Shown: positions 42,729 through 53,846, counted from the first letter of the whole stretch. The stretch: 63,990 nt of DNA, filler included, from Barthelona sp. PAP020 (GCA_040182905.1; 6 parts of 6 records of this genome joined end to end with filler, not necessarily neighbours in it); one strand, 5' to 3'. Program-made: numbers and translations. Notes: generated from the letters alone by a model not told the origin.

Positions 42729-45071
42729 TTACATTGCTGAAACAACGTATTCCAGGATTGGGATATTTTCTTTAGAATTATAATTACAACCACTACACAA
42801 CAAACGAGTTCCATCATGGTTGAGGGCCATAGCATGGATTTGAAAATAAGGTACACACACTTTCTGCAACACTTGACCTGTTTCTATTCGAATCACAGCA
42901 AACGAATAATCAGAAGATCCAGAATAGATCAATGAACCATCTTTGGAGAAGATGATTGTGAATATCTCATTATTATGAACCTTATACTTTCCCACCAACG
43001 CTCTGGATTCAACACCAAATATCCTGATTGTACCACTGCTAGCACCTGTCACCCAATAGGCACCATCAGGTGAGAAGTTGCCTGATCTGACCCAATATTC
43101 CCCATCATGACTCCACGTATGAAGCTCTACATACCTCTCCAATGAAAACAACTTGGAATTTCCATCACCGCTGACAGAAGCAAAGTACTTCATATCGGGG
43201 CTGATACGTACAGACCAAACATGTTTTTCATGGACTCGAGATTCATGTAACTTCTGACCTTCCATGGTGTATATGCCAATGTAACCATTAGCCACACCAA
43301 AAGAAAGCAATTTACCATTTGGTGAGAACCGCACACATAGTACATTTTTTTCAAGGGTTCTCCAACAATCCATGCCGTTAGCATACTGATCAATCATAAC
43401 ACTTACATGAACACTTGGCCTAATTACTCTTACTGTTCTCCAAGTATCAACATCAATGATATGAATTTTTGGATGCTCACCATCACTACTAACAGCCAAC
43501 AGTTTGGAGTCTGGACTGAAATTGAGACCCTGAGCTTTTACATAATTCTCTTCAAACACAATTTCATGTGTTTCAGCGTTGTAGACTCTGAGCAAGTTAC
43601 TATTTAATGATGAAACCGCAAAAAAGCGTCCATCAGGGCTGTAATCAAGGGCATAAACCCTACCAAGAACCATTTTAATTAACACAGGCCTTTCTTCAAA
43701 TCTTTCGAGTGAATGAACAATTTGCTTTCTATTGTCAACAGATTGTTGTCCATCACTGTTGTTCAAAAGGTCATTCAATTGGTTTGTCAAATTATCGATT
43801 TGATCGGTTAACTCTTGGTTTTTATTCATCCATTCTTCTTCTCTGATCTTAAAATCATCCACTTGATTATTTAAGTCTTGTTCTTTACACAACCATGTCT
43901 CTTTTTTCTTTTTCAACTCACCATTTTCATTTGCTAATTCTTGGTTGTGAGTTATCAATTTCTCTTTTTCCACTTTCAACTCGCCATTTTCATCAGTTAA
44001 TTCTTTCTTTTTATTTATCCATTCATTTCTTTCTTCTTTCAACTCATCAACTTGCTTTGTCAAATTTTGAACCCTCTCCACATAAATCTTGTTTTCCTCC
44101 TTCAATACAGCATTCTCCTTCACCAACCTCTTCTCGTCGAATCCCAACCCCTCGAAACGCTCATTCAGCATCTGCAAATACTCGGTAATCTCACTGAACG
44201 TTGGTCTAGCAGCTGCCTCAACAGTCAAACACCTCTTGATGATTCCAAACCCAGGGATTGTATCTAATAATTCTTTGCTGTACGGAAGATGTCCCCTACT
44301 CAATTTAACAGCAATTTGAAACTCAGTCAACCCATCAAAAGGAACAAACCCAGAAATGACCTGAGCCAACATAACACCGAATGACCAGACATCTGCAGGC
44401 ATTGCCTTAATAACTTCTGATTCATCGGCCAATTCAGGAGCCACGTATCTAATTGCGCCCATCATTGAATTTGCCGAACTCCTGCTTGTATCACGAACAA
44501 GCCCAAAATCAGCGATTGCAGGCGTGTACGTCCCATCAACTCCACATCTCAACAAAACATTATTTGGCTTCAAATCCCTATGCATAACACCTTTCCCATG
44601 ACAAAACTCAAGAGCAGACGAAACCTGCATCATGATAACCAACTTTTCCTTCAAAGACAACTCTGGTATCATTTCCTCAAGATCGGCATCACAATACTCC
44701 ATAACAACAGCCTTTTTGTATTCAATTTCAGTAACTCCAAAGACTTGTCGAATAAAGGGGTGATCCAAAACAATTGGAAAGCATTCTCTGGTAAGTTCAG
44801 CCTCAGTAATTTTTTCAACTTTATCAACAAATACTTTGATAACTACCATCTTTCCACATCTTTTGGCAAGATGTAGGACTCCAAATCCACCTATTTTGAA
44901 GTCTCTTTCCACTATTTCAAACTCACTTCCAGGTATATTGACATCGTTAGATTTCAAAAAATTATCCAATTTTTCAAAAGCATCTTCATCTGGTTCTTTA
45001 ACAATTTTTCTACGTTTCTTTGCACGTTGTTCAAGTTCGTGTGTTCCTTGGTTTTCTTCAAAGGTGAACAT
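42729..45071 (-). CDS. Protein kinase (TKL-like) + coiled coil of 21-aa repeats + WD40 propeller
   Basis: IGGFG, VVIK, HRDLKPNN, DFG, YVAPE, DVWSFG; about 7 SPDG/SPNG-type WD40 blades; N-terminal KKRRK. Confidence 0.9.
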   Translation of the reverse strand: MFTFEENQGTHELEQRAKKRRKIVKEPDEDAFEKLDNFLKSNDVNIPGSEFEIVERDFKIGGFGVLHLAKRCGKMVVIKVFVDKVEKITEAELTRECFPIVLDHPFIRQVFGVTEIEYKKAVVMEYCDADLEEMIPELSLKEKLVIMMQVSSALEFCHGKGVMHRDLKPNNVLLRCGVDGTYTPAIADFGLVRDTSRSSANSMMGAIRYVAPELADESEVIKAMPADVWSFGVMLAQVISGFVPFDGLTEFQIAVKLSRGHLPYSKELLDTIPGFGIIKRCLTVEAAARPTFSEITEYLQMLNERFEGLGFDEKRLVKENAVLKEENKIYVERVQNLTKQVDELKEERNEWINKKKELTDENGELKVEKEKLITHNQELANENGELKKKKETWLCKEQDLNNQVDDFKIREEEWMNKNQELTDQIDNLTNQLNDLLNNSDGQQSVDNRKQIVHSLERFEERPVLIKMVLGRVYALDYSPDGRFFAVSSLNSNLLRVYNAETHEIVFEENYVKAQGLNFSPDSKLLAVSSDGEHPKIHIIDVDTWRTVRVIRPSVHVSVMIDQYANGMDCWRTLEKNVLCVRFSPNGKLLSFGVANGYIGIYTMEGQKLHESRVHEKHVWSVRISPDMKYFASVSGDGNSKLFSLERYVELHTWSHDGEYWVRSGNFSPDGAYWVTGASSGTIRIFGVESRALVGKYKVHNNEIFTIIFSKDGSLIYSGSSDYSFAVIRIETGQVLQKVCVPYFQIHAMALNHDGTRLLCSGCNYNSKENIPILEYVVSAM

Positions 45072-45461
45072 GGATCACAAAAAAAAACGTAAATGTAAGA
45101 AAATTATTATTTTCAACTTTCTATAAGATTTCAATTTATTGCATTTTTTAAAAAAGTAGTGTAATATTCTGTTGTATGTTTGTTGTTTATCTGAAAAGAA
45201 CTTTTTAAAAAGAGATTTTGTTTATTCTAAAGAGTGTGATTTCAAAAAACAGTTGAATTTGTAAGCATCACACCCCTCAAGATGTTTTGAGGGTTTTTTC
45301 CTTTAAAAAATGTGTCTAAATGTGGATAAATAAAATACTTGACTCTATTTTGAGTCTTATGTTAAAACACAACAAATATGATTATTCTTGATTAAATGGA
45401 TTAAATGGAAATAGCTGTTTATTTATTTTATAAACAAATGCAGTTATATTACAATTAAATC

Positions 45462-45785
45462 ATTTCCAAGGCAAGAAGCACCTGTCTGTATGAGTGCATA
45501 AAAAAGAATAGTGTTCATTTGGTTGAAGGGTTTCGAGGCCCGATTGATCTATTGAAAATTTTAAATTTTCTCAGGTAAAGTTTGCAAACAAACAAAAAAA
45601 TAGGAATGAAGAATTTCTCCAAAATTCTCTAACTTAATCATTTTATTTCCAAGCCAATAAGCACTGTGTGTATGAGTGAATAAAGGAGAATAGTGTTTAT
45701 TTGGTTAAAGGCTTTCGAGGCCCGATTGATCTGTTGAAAAACTTTAGATTTTCTAAGGTAAAGTTTAAACTTTAAAATTTTGCTT
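45462..45785 (+). repeat. Repeat family A, two tandem partial copies running into the contig end
   Basis: ATTTCCAAGGCAAGAAGCAC at ~45462 and ATTTCCAAGCCAATAAGCAC at ~45645; both carry the GG(C/G)TTTCGAGGCCC hairpin. Confidence 0.9.
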
Positions 45786-45885
45786 NNNNNNNNNNNNNNN
45801 NNNNNNNNNNNNNNNNNNNNNNNNNNNNNTTAATTAATTAANNNNNNNNNNNNNNNNNNNNNNNNNNNNNNNNNNNNNNNNNNNN
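45786..45885. other. Artificial contig spacer
   Basis: N44-TTAATTAATTAA-N44. Confidence 0.98.
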
Positions 45886-46031
45886 TAAAGATTAAGGTTT
45901 ATTATTTATTAGTCAACTGAGATTTCCCAGTCTCTAATTTGGGAAAGTTCTGGAAAAGGTTCGTACAAGAAGAAAAATAAAACAAAAAAAAAAAAGACCA
46001 GACTAGTTTATTGACATTATCTTTTTACTTA

Positions 46032-49000
46032 TTAAGATTTATTTGAAATTAAAGACAATTCTATTTCAGATAAAACAACCAATTTGAAATCACCATGAAC
46101 AACATTGCCTTTTACAGGTAAACAAAAACAATAATTATTGAAATCACTGTTTTCATCCAAAACAAAATCATGATAAATTATTTCTGAAGGTTTATTGAAG
46201 AAACAACGATGAAAACAATTTGGATGATTTTTTTTTGATTGTAATCCAATACCGACTAAAGGATCCCCTTTTGAAGAATATAAATGTCTAACAAATATGA
46301 ACACTCTTAAAACTGTACAATTTTTAAACTTTTCATGAAAAATTATATCAAATTTTGGAATTTCATCACATGTTGAAGTAAGAAAATCCCAATTATTTTG
46401 TGAATTCCATTTTGCTTCAACTGAAAATACATGTGAGCCAGTAATAACATTTGAATGAACAAAACGATCAAAATATTTGAAAAAATCTTTCAAATGTATG
46501 AAAAAGTCATTGTTTTTTTCTTTTCTAATTCTTTCCTGATTAATAACTTCCCTTTTATTCTCAATAAGATTAAGATTTTGAGTTTCACCTAAATTCAATA
46601 GATAATTCTTTGAATTTTCATCAACACATGTCAAAAGAACAAGATTCTCTTTTTTATCATAATCTTTCATAAGATAACTATAGCAAAGTATATTTTTATG
46701 TTTGACAGTTTCTTTTTCCAATGGAGATTTTCCGTTTTCTTGTGATTTTGTAAGATTTGCATCATCAAAGTCTTTATCTTGACAAATTATTTGACAGGTT
46801 AACAAAGAAGAATATTTACAATTATTGCCACAACTTAATATTTTGTAAGCAGTTAATTCAGTTAATTCTTGTTTAATCACACAAAAATCAACAATATTAC
46901 CAACTAATAAAGAACAAAAATCAAAAAAATTGAATTTTTTTAATGTTTCAATTTCAATAAATTGTATGACAGCTTTATAAATAATACTCACCAAAAAACA
47001 ACTGTTTTTATTTGGTATATAACCATCAACAATGAAAAAACAAGGTTCTATACCTTTAAATAATTTAATTAAATAAATTTTTGCTTGTTCATCATAATTC
47101 ACTAGTATATTATCAATAATTCCTTCTAAAAGCACATTTATACTCTTTAAAACATCAGTAATTGTTGAAATAATTTCATTATCGTTGGAAGGATCAATAA
47201 ATATCCTGCGAAAGTCTTCTTTTTCAATCAAATATTCCCAATTCAGTTTGTTATCATCATCTATTTGAACATAATTTGATTTATTTAATCTACAATTTAT
47301 CAAATAATCATAATAAGCGGAATGTACTGAGACTTGATCATTCAAAGGATTTAAAACTCTAACGTTGTTATTTCTGAGAGTATTCAATAAATGACGTTGT
47401 TTTTCAATCATTGTTGACCATTTCTCTTCATATTCTTCTGCGTTTCTTGTTAAATTTTCTGAAAATGTTTGGGATTGTTTTATATCTGTATTATTATCAA
47501 CAGTTACATTATCATTTAATTCTTTAATTATTCGTTGATGTTCATTTCTCAAAACATTCCAATCACATAAATTATTCAAAATATTTCTTTCTAATTCTTT
47601 GTTCACTTTCAAACTTAAAGACATTTCTCTTATCAAATCTTCATACAATATTGTAGCAGAATGCATTTTTATTATTGCAGTACTTGGTAAAGTTAAAGAC
47701 ACTATGGGTGTAGATACTCTTGAAAATTCAGTCAAATCAATGTCCAAATAATTAACACGAAAATCAAAAGACTCATCCGTACTTTTATCATCACTTTCTA
47801 ATTTTGAATCTAAACAATATTTTCGATTTAAATGATCTCCATTTGCAACTCTATTGGAATATACATTGACAATTTTACTTGTATCTGTGTCTGCATTTGC
47901 ATTGGTGTTTATGTTTGCATTTATATTTGTTTTTATATTCATAAGTTTTTTTCCTTGATATTTCCTCTTATTTAAATTTTCCAATGAATGTTCAACAATG
48001 TTTTCATTATATCTTGATGAAGTTAACATAGAAGCTGATGAAGAATTTAAAAAACATTCTGAAAAAAAAGATGAACCAAAACTATCATTTTTAAACAAAG
48101 CAATTTCTTTATTTTTCAAAAAATCATTAATTTTTTGTTGTTCAAAAGACAAATCTGTTCTAGATGAATTGTTTGATACAGAATGTAATGAAGATGATGA
48201 AACAAATGGTGAATTCAATTTTTCATAATTAAGATGAGGATTTTGCAAAATTCTTAAATGTTTGGGTAAAAATTTATGCAATTTAAATGATTCTAATAAA
48301 TATTTATGAAAATTAGCTTTAAAAACAATAGTTTCATTGAAAGCATCATTTGTTAAATAACCTAATCTCTTAATTTTTTTGATAATTTCATAATTTTTGG
48401 CTTTAAACATTTGTTCATGTTGATTTTGATTTGGATATGAATGAAAAGGATTTAATCCAACATTATTAAAATTATTTGGATTGGATGCTGAAACATCAAG
48501 TGAATAGAGTAAACGTTTAGCACATCTATCTGTAATATTTCTTTTAATAAAATCGTAAATTACAATTTCATCATCAATCACCATTAAACAACTTGTATCA
48601 TCCAAATAAATACCTGTCTCTTCATGACATGTTTTAATCACATCATTTAATAATTCATTGTCAACTAATTTAAGATGAAAAGTTAAAACATCTAAAGAAC
48701 TAATAATATAAGCTAATTCATATAAAGGAATACCAAATATTAATAAAAGATGTAACATTAACAACCAATTATTAAAAATATTGAAAGAATATTCAATCAA
48801 TAATAAAAAACAACATATTATTGTTATAGGAATTTGAATTCTCAAAGAATTTTTTTTTTGATAAAAAACTCCAAAATTTTCATCATAATTGAAAACAGGA
48901 TAACCAAAAGGATGCCATCTCATATTTTTTGAATGATTGTGAGCATTTAAAAAAATCAAAAAAAAACCATTGATCAATTGATAATTATTAATAGTTAAAA

Positions 49001-50702
49001 AGAAAAATAAACTCAATTGTAAATCATGTACAGATAAAAATAAGATTGGAAACACCATGATAACAGAAAATAACCAATTATTTTCAAAATTCAGTAAGAT
49101 CTTAATGACACATAAAAAAATAATAATGTCAATAACTATCTCTTCAATACCATAATTTGTCAATAACAATGAATGTTTCAAAGAAAAAGTGAAAAGAAAA
49201 ATTAAATCAAAGAATATTGATGGAAATGATTTTTTACTCTTGGATTTTTCTTTCATCAACAATACAATCAAAACTAAACGAATAATATTATAAAAATAAA
49301 AGATTTCATCAATAACGAAAAAATTTAAGAAAACATATCCCATTAATACCACAATTTTTTTTTTTTTTTCAATAAAATAAACGTTGGAAAATTCATAACA
49401 AAAAATATATGATATCAACCATAAAAAAGTACAAATATTATGGTCAACTTTTTGAAAATGCAAATAAAAAATAGAAAATATTTGAAGAAACAAATTGAAA
49501 CATTGTAAAAAATCAGTAAAATCAACCTTTAATCTTGTATTTTTATAATTATCAAATTTGTCGAATAATAAAAAATTGAAAAAAATTGAATAGATACAAC
49601 AGAAAATTATCATCGTCTCAAAAGAATCAAACAAAAAATACATAAAAATAAAGACAAAAGATTCACAAACACCTAAGATAAGTGTTTTTTTTTCAAACAA
49701 TAATAAATAACTAATGCAAAATATTATTGAACATAAAGAAACATTAAATAATTTGAAAGATAAATTGAATAAAGGAAAAGTACAATCCATACCAAAATAA
49801 ACAATCATACCAACATTATAACAACTTAAAATGAATATTGTACTTATTGCATAAATCATTTTTTGTTTTGAAATGGTCATGTCTTTTTTGATTGAATTTA
49901 ATTTCCATGGAATGCATCTTAAAGTAACAACTGTAGCAAAAACACTGAAATTGAATACCAAATAAACAATCCAAAAATTATAGCACAATAATAATAATGG
50001 TATCGCATATAAAAGATTCAAAAAAACAAGTACAGCAGGATTAAATAACTTGCTATTGATAGTTATGATTAATTCTTGTAAAAATATTATGATCATTAAA
50101 TGAACATGTTCAAATTGCAAATCAAAATTTATAAAAATTGGTAAAACTAAAAAAAGAGATAATAACAGCGGAATAAATCTTGCAAACGGTAATTTGATAA
50201 TAATATTCACCATTTTATAAAATTTATTATCAACCATCTCGACATTTTGAAAACAAACACTGTCAATTTCCTTTTGTTTTTTTCTTTGTGTCACAAATAA
50301 ATAAATAAAAAAGAAAAAAGTAAATTGAGAAACATTACAATAAACTAAATTAAAAATATTATGTTTCAAAAAATAAGGAAAGATTAAACAATGAAAAATT
50401 GGTAAACCAAAAAGTGCATATCTTGAAAAAAAATAATGCCAATCCATTTCAAAAGAATAAACTATCGAATAGAATCCAATATATATTTCAACAAATAAAT
50501 ATATAATTTTGGAAGTTGTTTCAATAAGATGAAATAATATAAAACTAATTATAAATAATAAAATAGATAAATATGTAAACCAAACTCTAGTTTTGTTAAT
50601 TTTTCTTGACATATCAACAGGTTTAAACCATATTATTGTGACCATTTCAAAAATAATTGACAAACTATAAAAAATATATGCGCATGTTGTAAAATCCATC
50701 AT
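46032..50702 (-). CDS. Multi-pass membrane protein (~20 TM) + linker + degenerate calpain CysPc/C2L region (DEK1-like architecture)
   Basis: aa 1-~670 are almost continuous hydrophobic helices. IYLIKLFKG...FIVDGYIP...LVSIIYKA, DFFIHLKDFFKYFDRF and FSVEAKW...PKFDI follow calpain motif order. Confidence 0.6.
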   Translation of the reverse strand: MMDFTTCAYIFYSLSIIFEMVTIIWFKPVDMSRKINKTRVWFTYLSILLFIISFILFHLIETTSKIIYLFVEIYIGFYSIVYSFEMDWHYFFSRYALFGLPIFHCLIFPYFLKHNIFNLVYCNVSQFTFFFFIYLFVTQRKKQKEIDSVCFQNVEMVDNKFYKMVNIIIKLPFARFIPLLLSLFLVLPIFINFDLQFEHVHLMIIIFLQELIITINSKLFNPAVLVFLNLLYAIPLLLLCYNFWIVYLVFNFSVFATVVTLRCIPWKLNSIKKDMTISKQKMIYAISTIFILSCYNVGMIVYFGMDCTFPLFNLSFKLFNVSLCSIIFCISYLLLFEKKTLILGVCESFVFIFMYFLFDSFETMIIFCCIYSIFFNFLLFDKFDNYKNTRLKVDFTDFLQCFNLFLQIFSIFYLHFQKVDHNICTFLWLISYIFCYEFSNVYFIEKKKKIVVLMGYVFLNFFVIDEIFYFYNIIRLVLIVLLMKEKSKSKKSFPSIFFDLIFLFTFSLKHSLLLTNYGIEEIVIDIIIFLCVIKILLNFENNWLFSVIMVFPILFLSVHDLQLSLFFFLTINNYQLINGFFLIFLNAHNHSKNMRWHPFGYPVFNYDENFGVFYQKKNSLRIQIPITIICCFLLLIEYSFNIFNNWLLMLHLLLIFGIPLYELAYIISSLDVLTFHLKLVDNELLNDVIKTCHEETGIYLDDTSCLMVIDDEIVIYDFIKRNITDRCAKRLLYSLDVSASNPNNFNNVGLNPFHSYPNQNQHEQMFKAKNYEIIKKIKRLGYLTNDAFNETIVFKANFHKYLLESFKLHKFLPKHLRILQNPHLNYEKLNSPFVSSSSLHSVSNNSSRTDLSFEQQKINDFLKNKEIALFKNDSFGSSFFSECFLNSSSASMLTSSRYNENIVEHSLENLNKRKYQGKKLMNIKTNINANINTNANADTDTSKIVNVYSNRVANGDHLNRKYCLDSKLESDDKSTDESFDFRVNYLDIDLTEFSRVSTPIVSLTLPSTAIIKMHSATILYEDLIREMSLSLKVNKELERNILNNLCDWNVLRNEHQRIIKELNDNVTVDNNTDIKQSQTFSENLTRNAEEYEEKWSTMIEKQRHLLNTLRNNNVRVLNPLNDQVSVHSAYYDYLINCRLNKSNYVQIDDDNKLNWEYLIEKEDFRRIFIDPSNDNEIISTITDVLKSINVLLEGIIDNILVNYDEQAKIYLIKLFKGIEPCFFIVDGYIPNKNSCFLVSIIYKAVIQFIEIETLKKFNFFDFCSLLVGNIVDFCVIKQELTELTAYKILSCGNNCKYSSLLTCQIICQDKDFDDANLTKSQENGKSPLEKETVKHKNILCYSYLMKDYDKKENLVLLTCVDENSKNYLLNLGETQNLNLIENKREVINQERIRKEKNNDFFIHLKDFFKYFDRFVHSNVITGSHVFSVEAKWNSQNNWDFLTSTCDEIPKFDIIFHEKFKNCTVLRVFIFVRHLYSSKGDPLVGIGLQSKKNHPNCFHRCFFNKPSEIIYHDFVLDENSDFNNYCFCLPVKGNVVHGDFKLVVLSEIELSLISNKS

Positions 50703-51431
50703 CTCATTTTCTCAGAAATACAGTCATTCGAAAAATGAAATGCTTTGAAAAATCTAAAAAAAAAATATTTTTTTGTTCAGATTTTCACAAATTTCTTTGT
50801 GGATTTTTTTTCGCTCGATAAGTTTTTAGACGTTTTCAAATTGAAATTGATGTTTCAAGTAGTCAGTTAATCAAAAATTATTTAAGTTTTCTTTCATTTA
50901 ACAGAATCCAGTGTTTATCTCATTTTTCAGATATTTCAAGAACAACATATTTTAAATATGTGAATAATTGTAAAGTTAAAGGTATTTCATTAAGTTAAAA
51001 AGCGTAAATTAGAAAGAGTTTCGGCTTTCAAACAACTTAGCATTTCAAACCTTAAGTCTTTGCAAAAAATGAAAATTAAATTGTTTACACGATTATTAAT
51101 TTGATAGTGTCAGTTCACTTTTGTTTTTGTGTGAAGAAGAAAATATTATCAATTCTTCGCAAATGAAAGTTGTTGGCCATTCAATTGAAATCTAAATTTA
51201 GCTCCTTTTTTTTTTTTTAAGAATCACTTTTTAGCAATATCATGTCATAAACTTGACAATTTGACGTATATGATGCTATTTCAGATTTGAAAAATAAATG
51301 ATGATCAAAGTTTGGTAAAAGTCTGCATCTGATTGAGAAATTAAACCCAAGATTACAATATATATTTATTAAACACACATGAAAAATTAAACAATATGTG
51401 AAAAAGATAAATGCACCATTGAAAATTGAAA

Positions 51432-53846
51432 TTATTGCAAAGTTTCCATAAATTCTAATCTTTTTTTCTTTTTTTCCCATTCAATTTTATTATCTTTTAA
51501 TTTAATTAAAAGATACTTCATTTCTGAAGAAAAAGATGAAACAACCGAAAAAAATGGTTCCAAAAATTGTAAAAATGCAATTTGCATATTGCAAAGACCT
51601 AATTCTGTGAAAGTACCTCGATCACAATGTTGAGTTACAGGTAAATGTAATGATTTTTCTGCATCCCCCTGTAACAAGAATTCTGATGTCAAATTATTTG
51701 CCCATGTACAACATAAATCATAGCTCTTCACAACATTGGATAAATCTGATGTCTTTAAGATGATGATTCCCAACAATTGTCGATCATCATCATTAGACCA
51801 TTTAAATGCTTCATTATTGATTAAGGTTTCAAAACCAACCTTAAATTTCAAATGAGATGACATATCAGTACCTAAAATGAAAGAAATAACCAAAGTTCTA
51901 AACGAACTGTATTCTTCTTCAGTTAAATCATCAATGATTTCATGATATTTATTTAATAAAACAAATAAGAGTCTACAATGTTCACTTTCTAAAGGAGAAC
52001 TATCGTTGTGGAATAAACAAATGTCATGATGGATTCTTTTCAAAAATTGATTAGAAACACCTAAATGACGTAAATCATGTCCAATAGCTGCAATCAATAT
52101 ACTAAAGACTTCGATCGGTCTAGCTTTCACATCAAATTTGCTGGTTTGCAACAAATAAAAGGTACTAAACAAAACATCACAGGCATGCTTAAAATTGTGG
52201 AAAGGATTCTCATAATAGCTATTGTGAATTTGTATCAAGAAATTTTTCAAAGTATCTTCAGAAAAATGATAGATCTCACAAAATCCATAATAGTTAAAAA
52301 CATCAATAATAAATTCAATTAATTCAATGTTTTCATGCTGATAAACATCAAAATCTAATGTAATATCTGGGTAATTACCCTTTTTATACAAAAATAAATT
52401 TCTATCTTCTAAAGATTTCTTTTCTCTTTCACAAAATTGAAATTTAGGTGGTTTACCAGTGGAAACAATTGTTTCTAAAGCACTGAGATCAAGTTTTGCT
52501 TGCGGGCTCAGATTACTACTGCTTTCTCTTTTCAATCCTCTTTGATTAACAACAATATCGATATTGGGAACATCTTGAGATTGCAAAATTTCTTCTTTTT
52601 TATTTAGCTGCGTAACACTTTTCTTTGTATCTAATGTTTGATCAGATATATCAATAAAAAATGTTGCTTCTAAAAACGCAGTAGTTTTTGTGTCAAAATT
52701 CGTTCCATCCAAATCATAAGCAGGTAAAGGAGTTAAGGAACCAACTAACATTTCAACATCTTTCAAAACTTTTACTAAATATGGTGGAATATCAGTAACA
52801 ACAGAACCAAGACCTTTCAATTTGTTAATTATTATTTCAACAGTTCTTTCAACTCGTCTACTTTCAATACCCATCATGTGAAGAACCAAATTATCATTAT
52901 TTTCACTGGTTTTATTTGATAAAATACTGCCTTCACCTAACAATTTAGCTGCTTCAGAAGGCCTTCTTCTTTCTAAATATTTTGTTTTCATGAGAGATTG
53001 AGAATGTAAACTGGATAATGAAGGTGAAAAGGAAAAAGTTAGTTCATCTTCAATAGGCAAACTAGAGGAAACAAGATTTTGAGAATGAGAAAAACTTGGA
53101 GAAAATGAACGATTTTGGGTTGTCGTCGTCGTTGCAGGTGATACATTGAACTCATTTGTACTGTGAAAAGTATCTATTTTATTATCCTTTTGTGAATATA
53201 TACTTTTGATTAAAGATGGTTCATTGGTAATATCTCCAATATTAGTAAGAGATAAAGAATGTGCTAGACTTGAAATGGGTTCAGAATTTTCACACTGAAT
53301 ATTCTTTTGAGAAACATTCGCAGACAACACTGGAGAAACAAAAGAACTTGAATTTTCCATATCAACATTAAAACTAATTAATGAATTGGTAGAAAGAGTT
53401 GAGAGAGTCTTTTTCAATTTCTTTGAATTTACAGTTGTTCCACTTGCATACTTTAGTTTATGAATTAAATTATTCAATTCATCTTCAATGTGCAATTCAC
53501 AAAATGATGTGCAACTTTTACAACACATCAATTTTTGGTCAACCAAACCATTATTTGAATCAAATAATATCATCGTAAAAGAACTTAATGAATTTAATTT
53601 CGATAGATCTTCATAAAATTTGAATATTGACAGATTAACATTCAATGAAGAGAATAAAAAGACCAAATGTCCATTTATTGTGTCTTCTAATGGAATATTT
53701 TCTAAATAGCTCATACAATCCAAACAGTTTGTAAACTGTAATACTTGTGGTGTTGATAAAGTATGTAGTTGTCGAACAATTTCAGCTAAATCATCATTTT
53801 CATGTATTACAAACAATGGAAATTTCGAAGATCGTTTGCTTAACAT
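51432..53846 (-). CDS. Class I 3',5'-cyclic nucleotide phosphodiesterase with a degenerate receiver-like N-terminus
   Basis: NPFHNFKHACDV, HDLRHLGVSN, LESEH, LGTDM, KTSDLSN, EFLLQGDAE, MQIAF. Confidence 0.9.
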   Translation of the reverse strand: MLSKRSSKFPLFVIHENDDLAEIVRQLHTLSTPQVLQFTNCLDCMSYLENIPLEDTINGHLVFLFSSLNVNLSIFKFYEDLSKLNSLSSFTMILFDSNNGLVDQKLMCCKSCTSFCELHIEDELNNLIHKLKYASGTTVNSKKLKKTLSTLSTNSLISFNVDMENSSSFVSPVLSANVSQKNIQCENSEPISSLAHSLSLTNIGDITNEPSLIKSIYSQKDNKIDTFHSTNEFNVSPATTTTTQNRSFSPSFSHSQNLVSSSLPIEDELTFSFSPSLSSLHSQSLMKTKYLERRRPSEAAKLLGEGSILSNKTSENNDNLVLHMMGIESRRVERTVEIIINKLKGLGSVVTDIPPYLVKVLKDVEMLVGSLTPLPAYDLDGTNFDTKTTAFLEATFFIDISDQTLDTKKSVTQLNKKEEILQSQDVPNIDIVVNQRGLKRESSSNLSPQAKLDLSALETIVSTGKPPKFQFCEREKKSLEDRNLFLYKKGNYPDITLDFDVYQHENIELIEFIIDVFNYYGFCEIYHFSEDTLKNFLIQIHNSYYENPFHNFKHACDVLFSTFYLLQTSKFDVKARPIEVFSILIAAIGHDLRHLGVSNQFLKRIHHDICLFHNDSSPLESEHCRLLFVLLNKYHEIIDDLTEEEYSSFRTLVISFILGTDMSSHLKFKVGFETLINNEAFKWSNDDDRQLLGIIILKTSDLSNVVKSYDLCCTWANNLTSEFLLQGDAEKSLHLPVTQHCDRGTFTELGLCNMQIAFLQFLEPFFSVVSSFSSEMKYLLIKLKDNKIEWEKKKKRLEFMETLQ

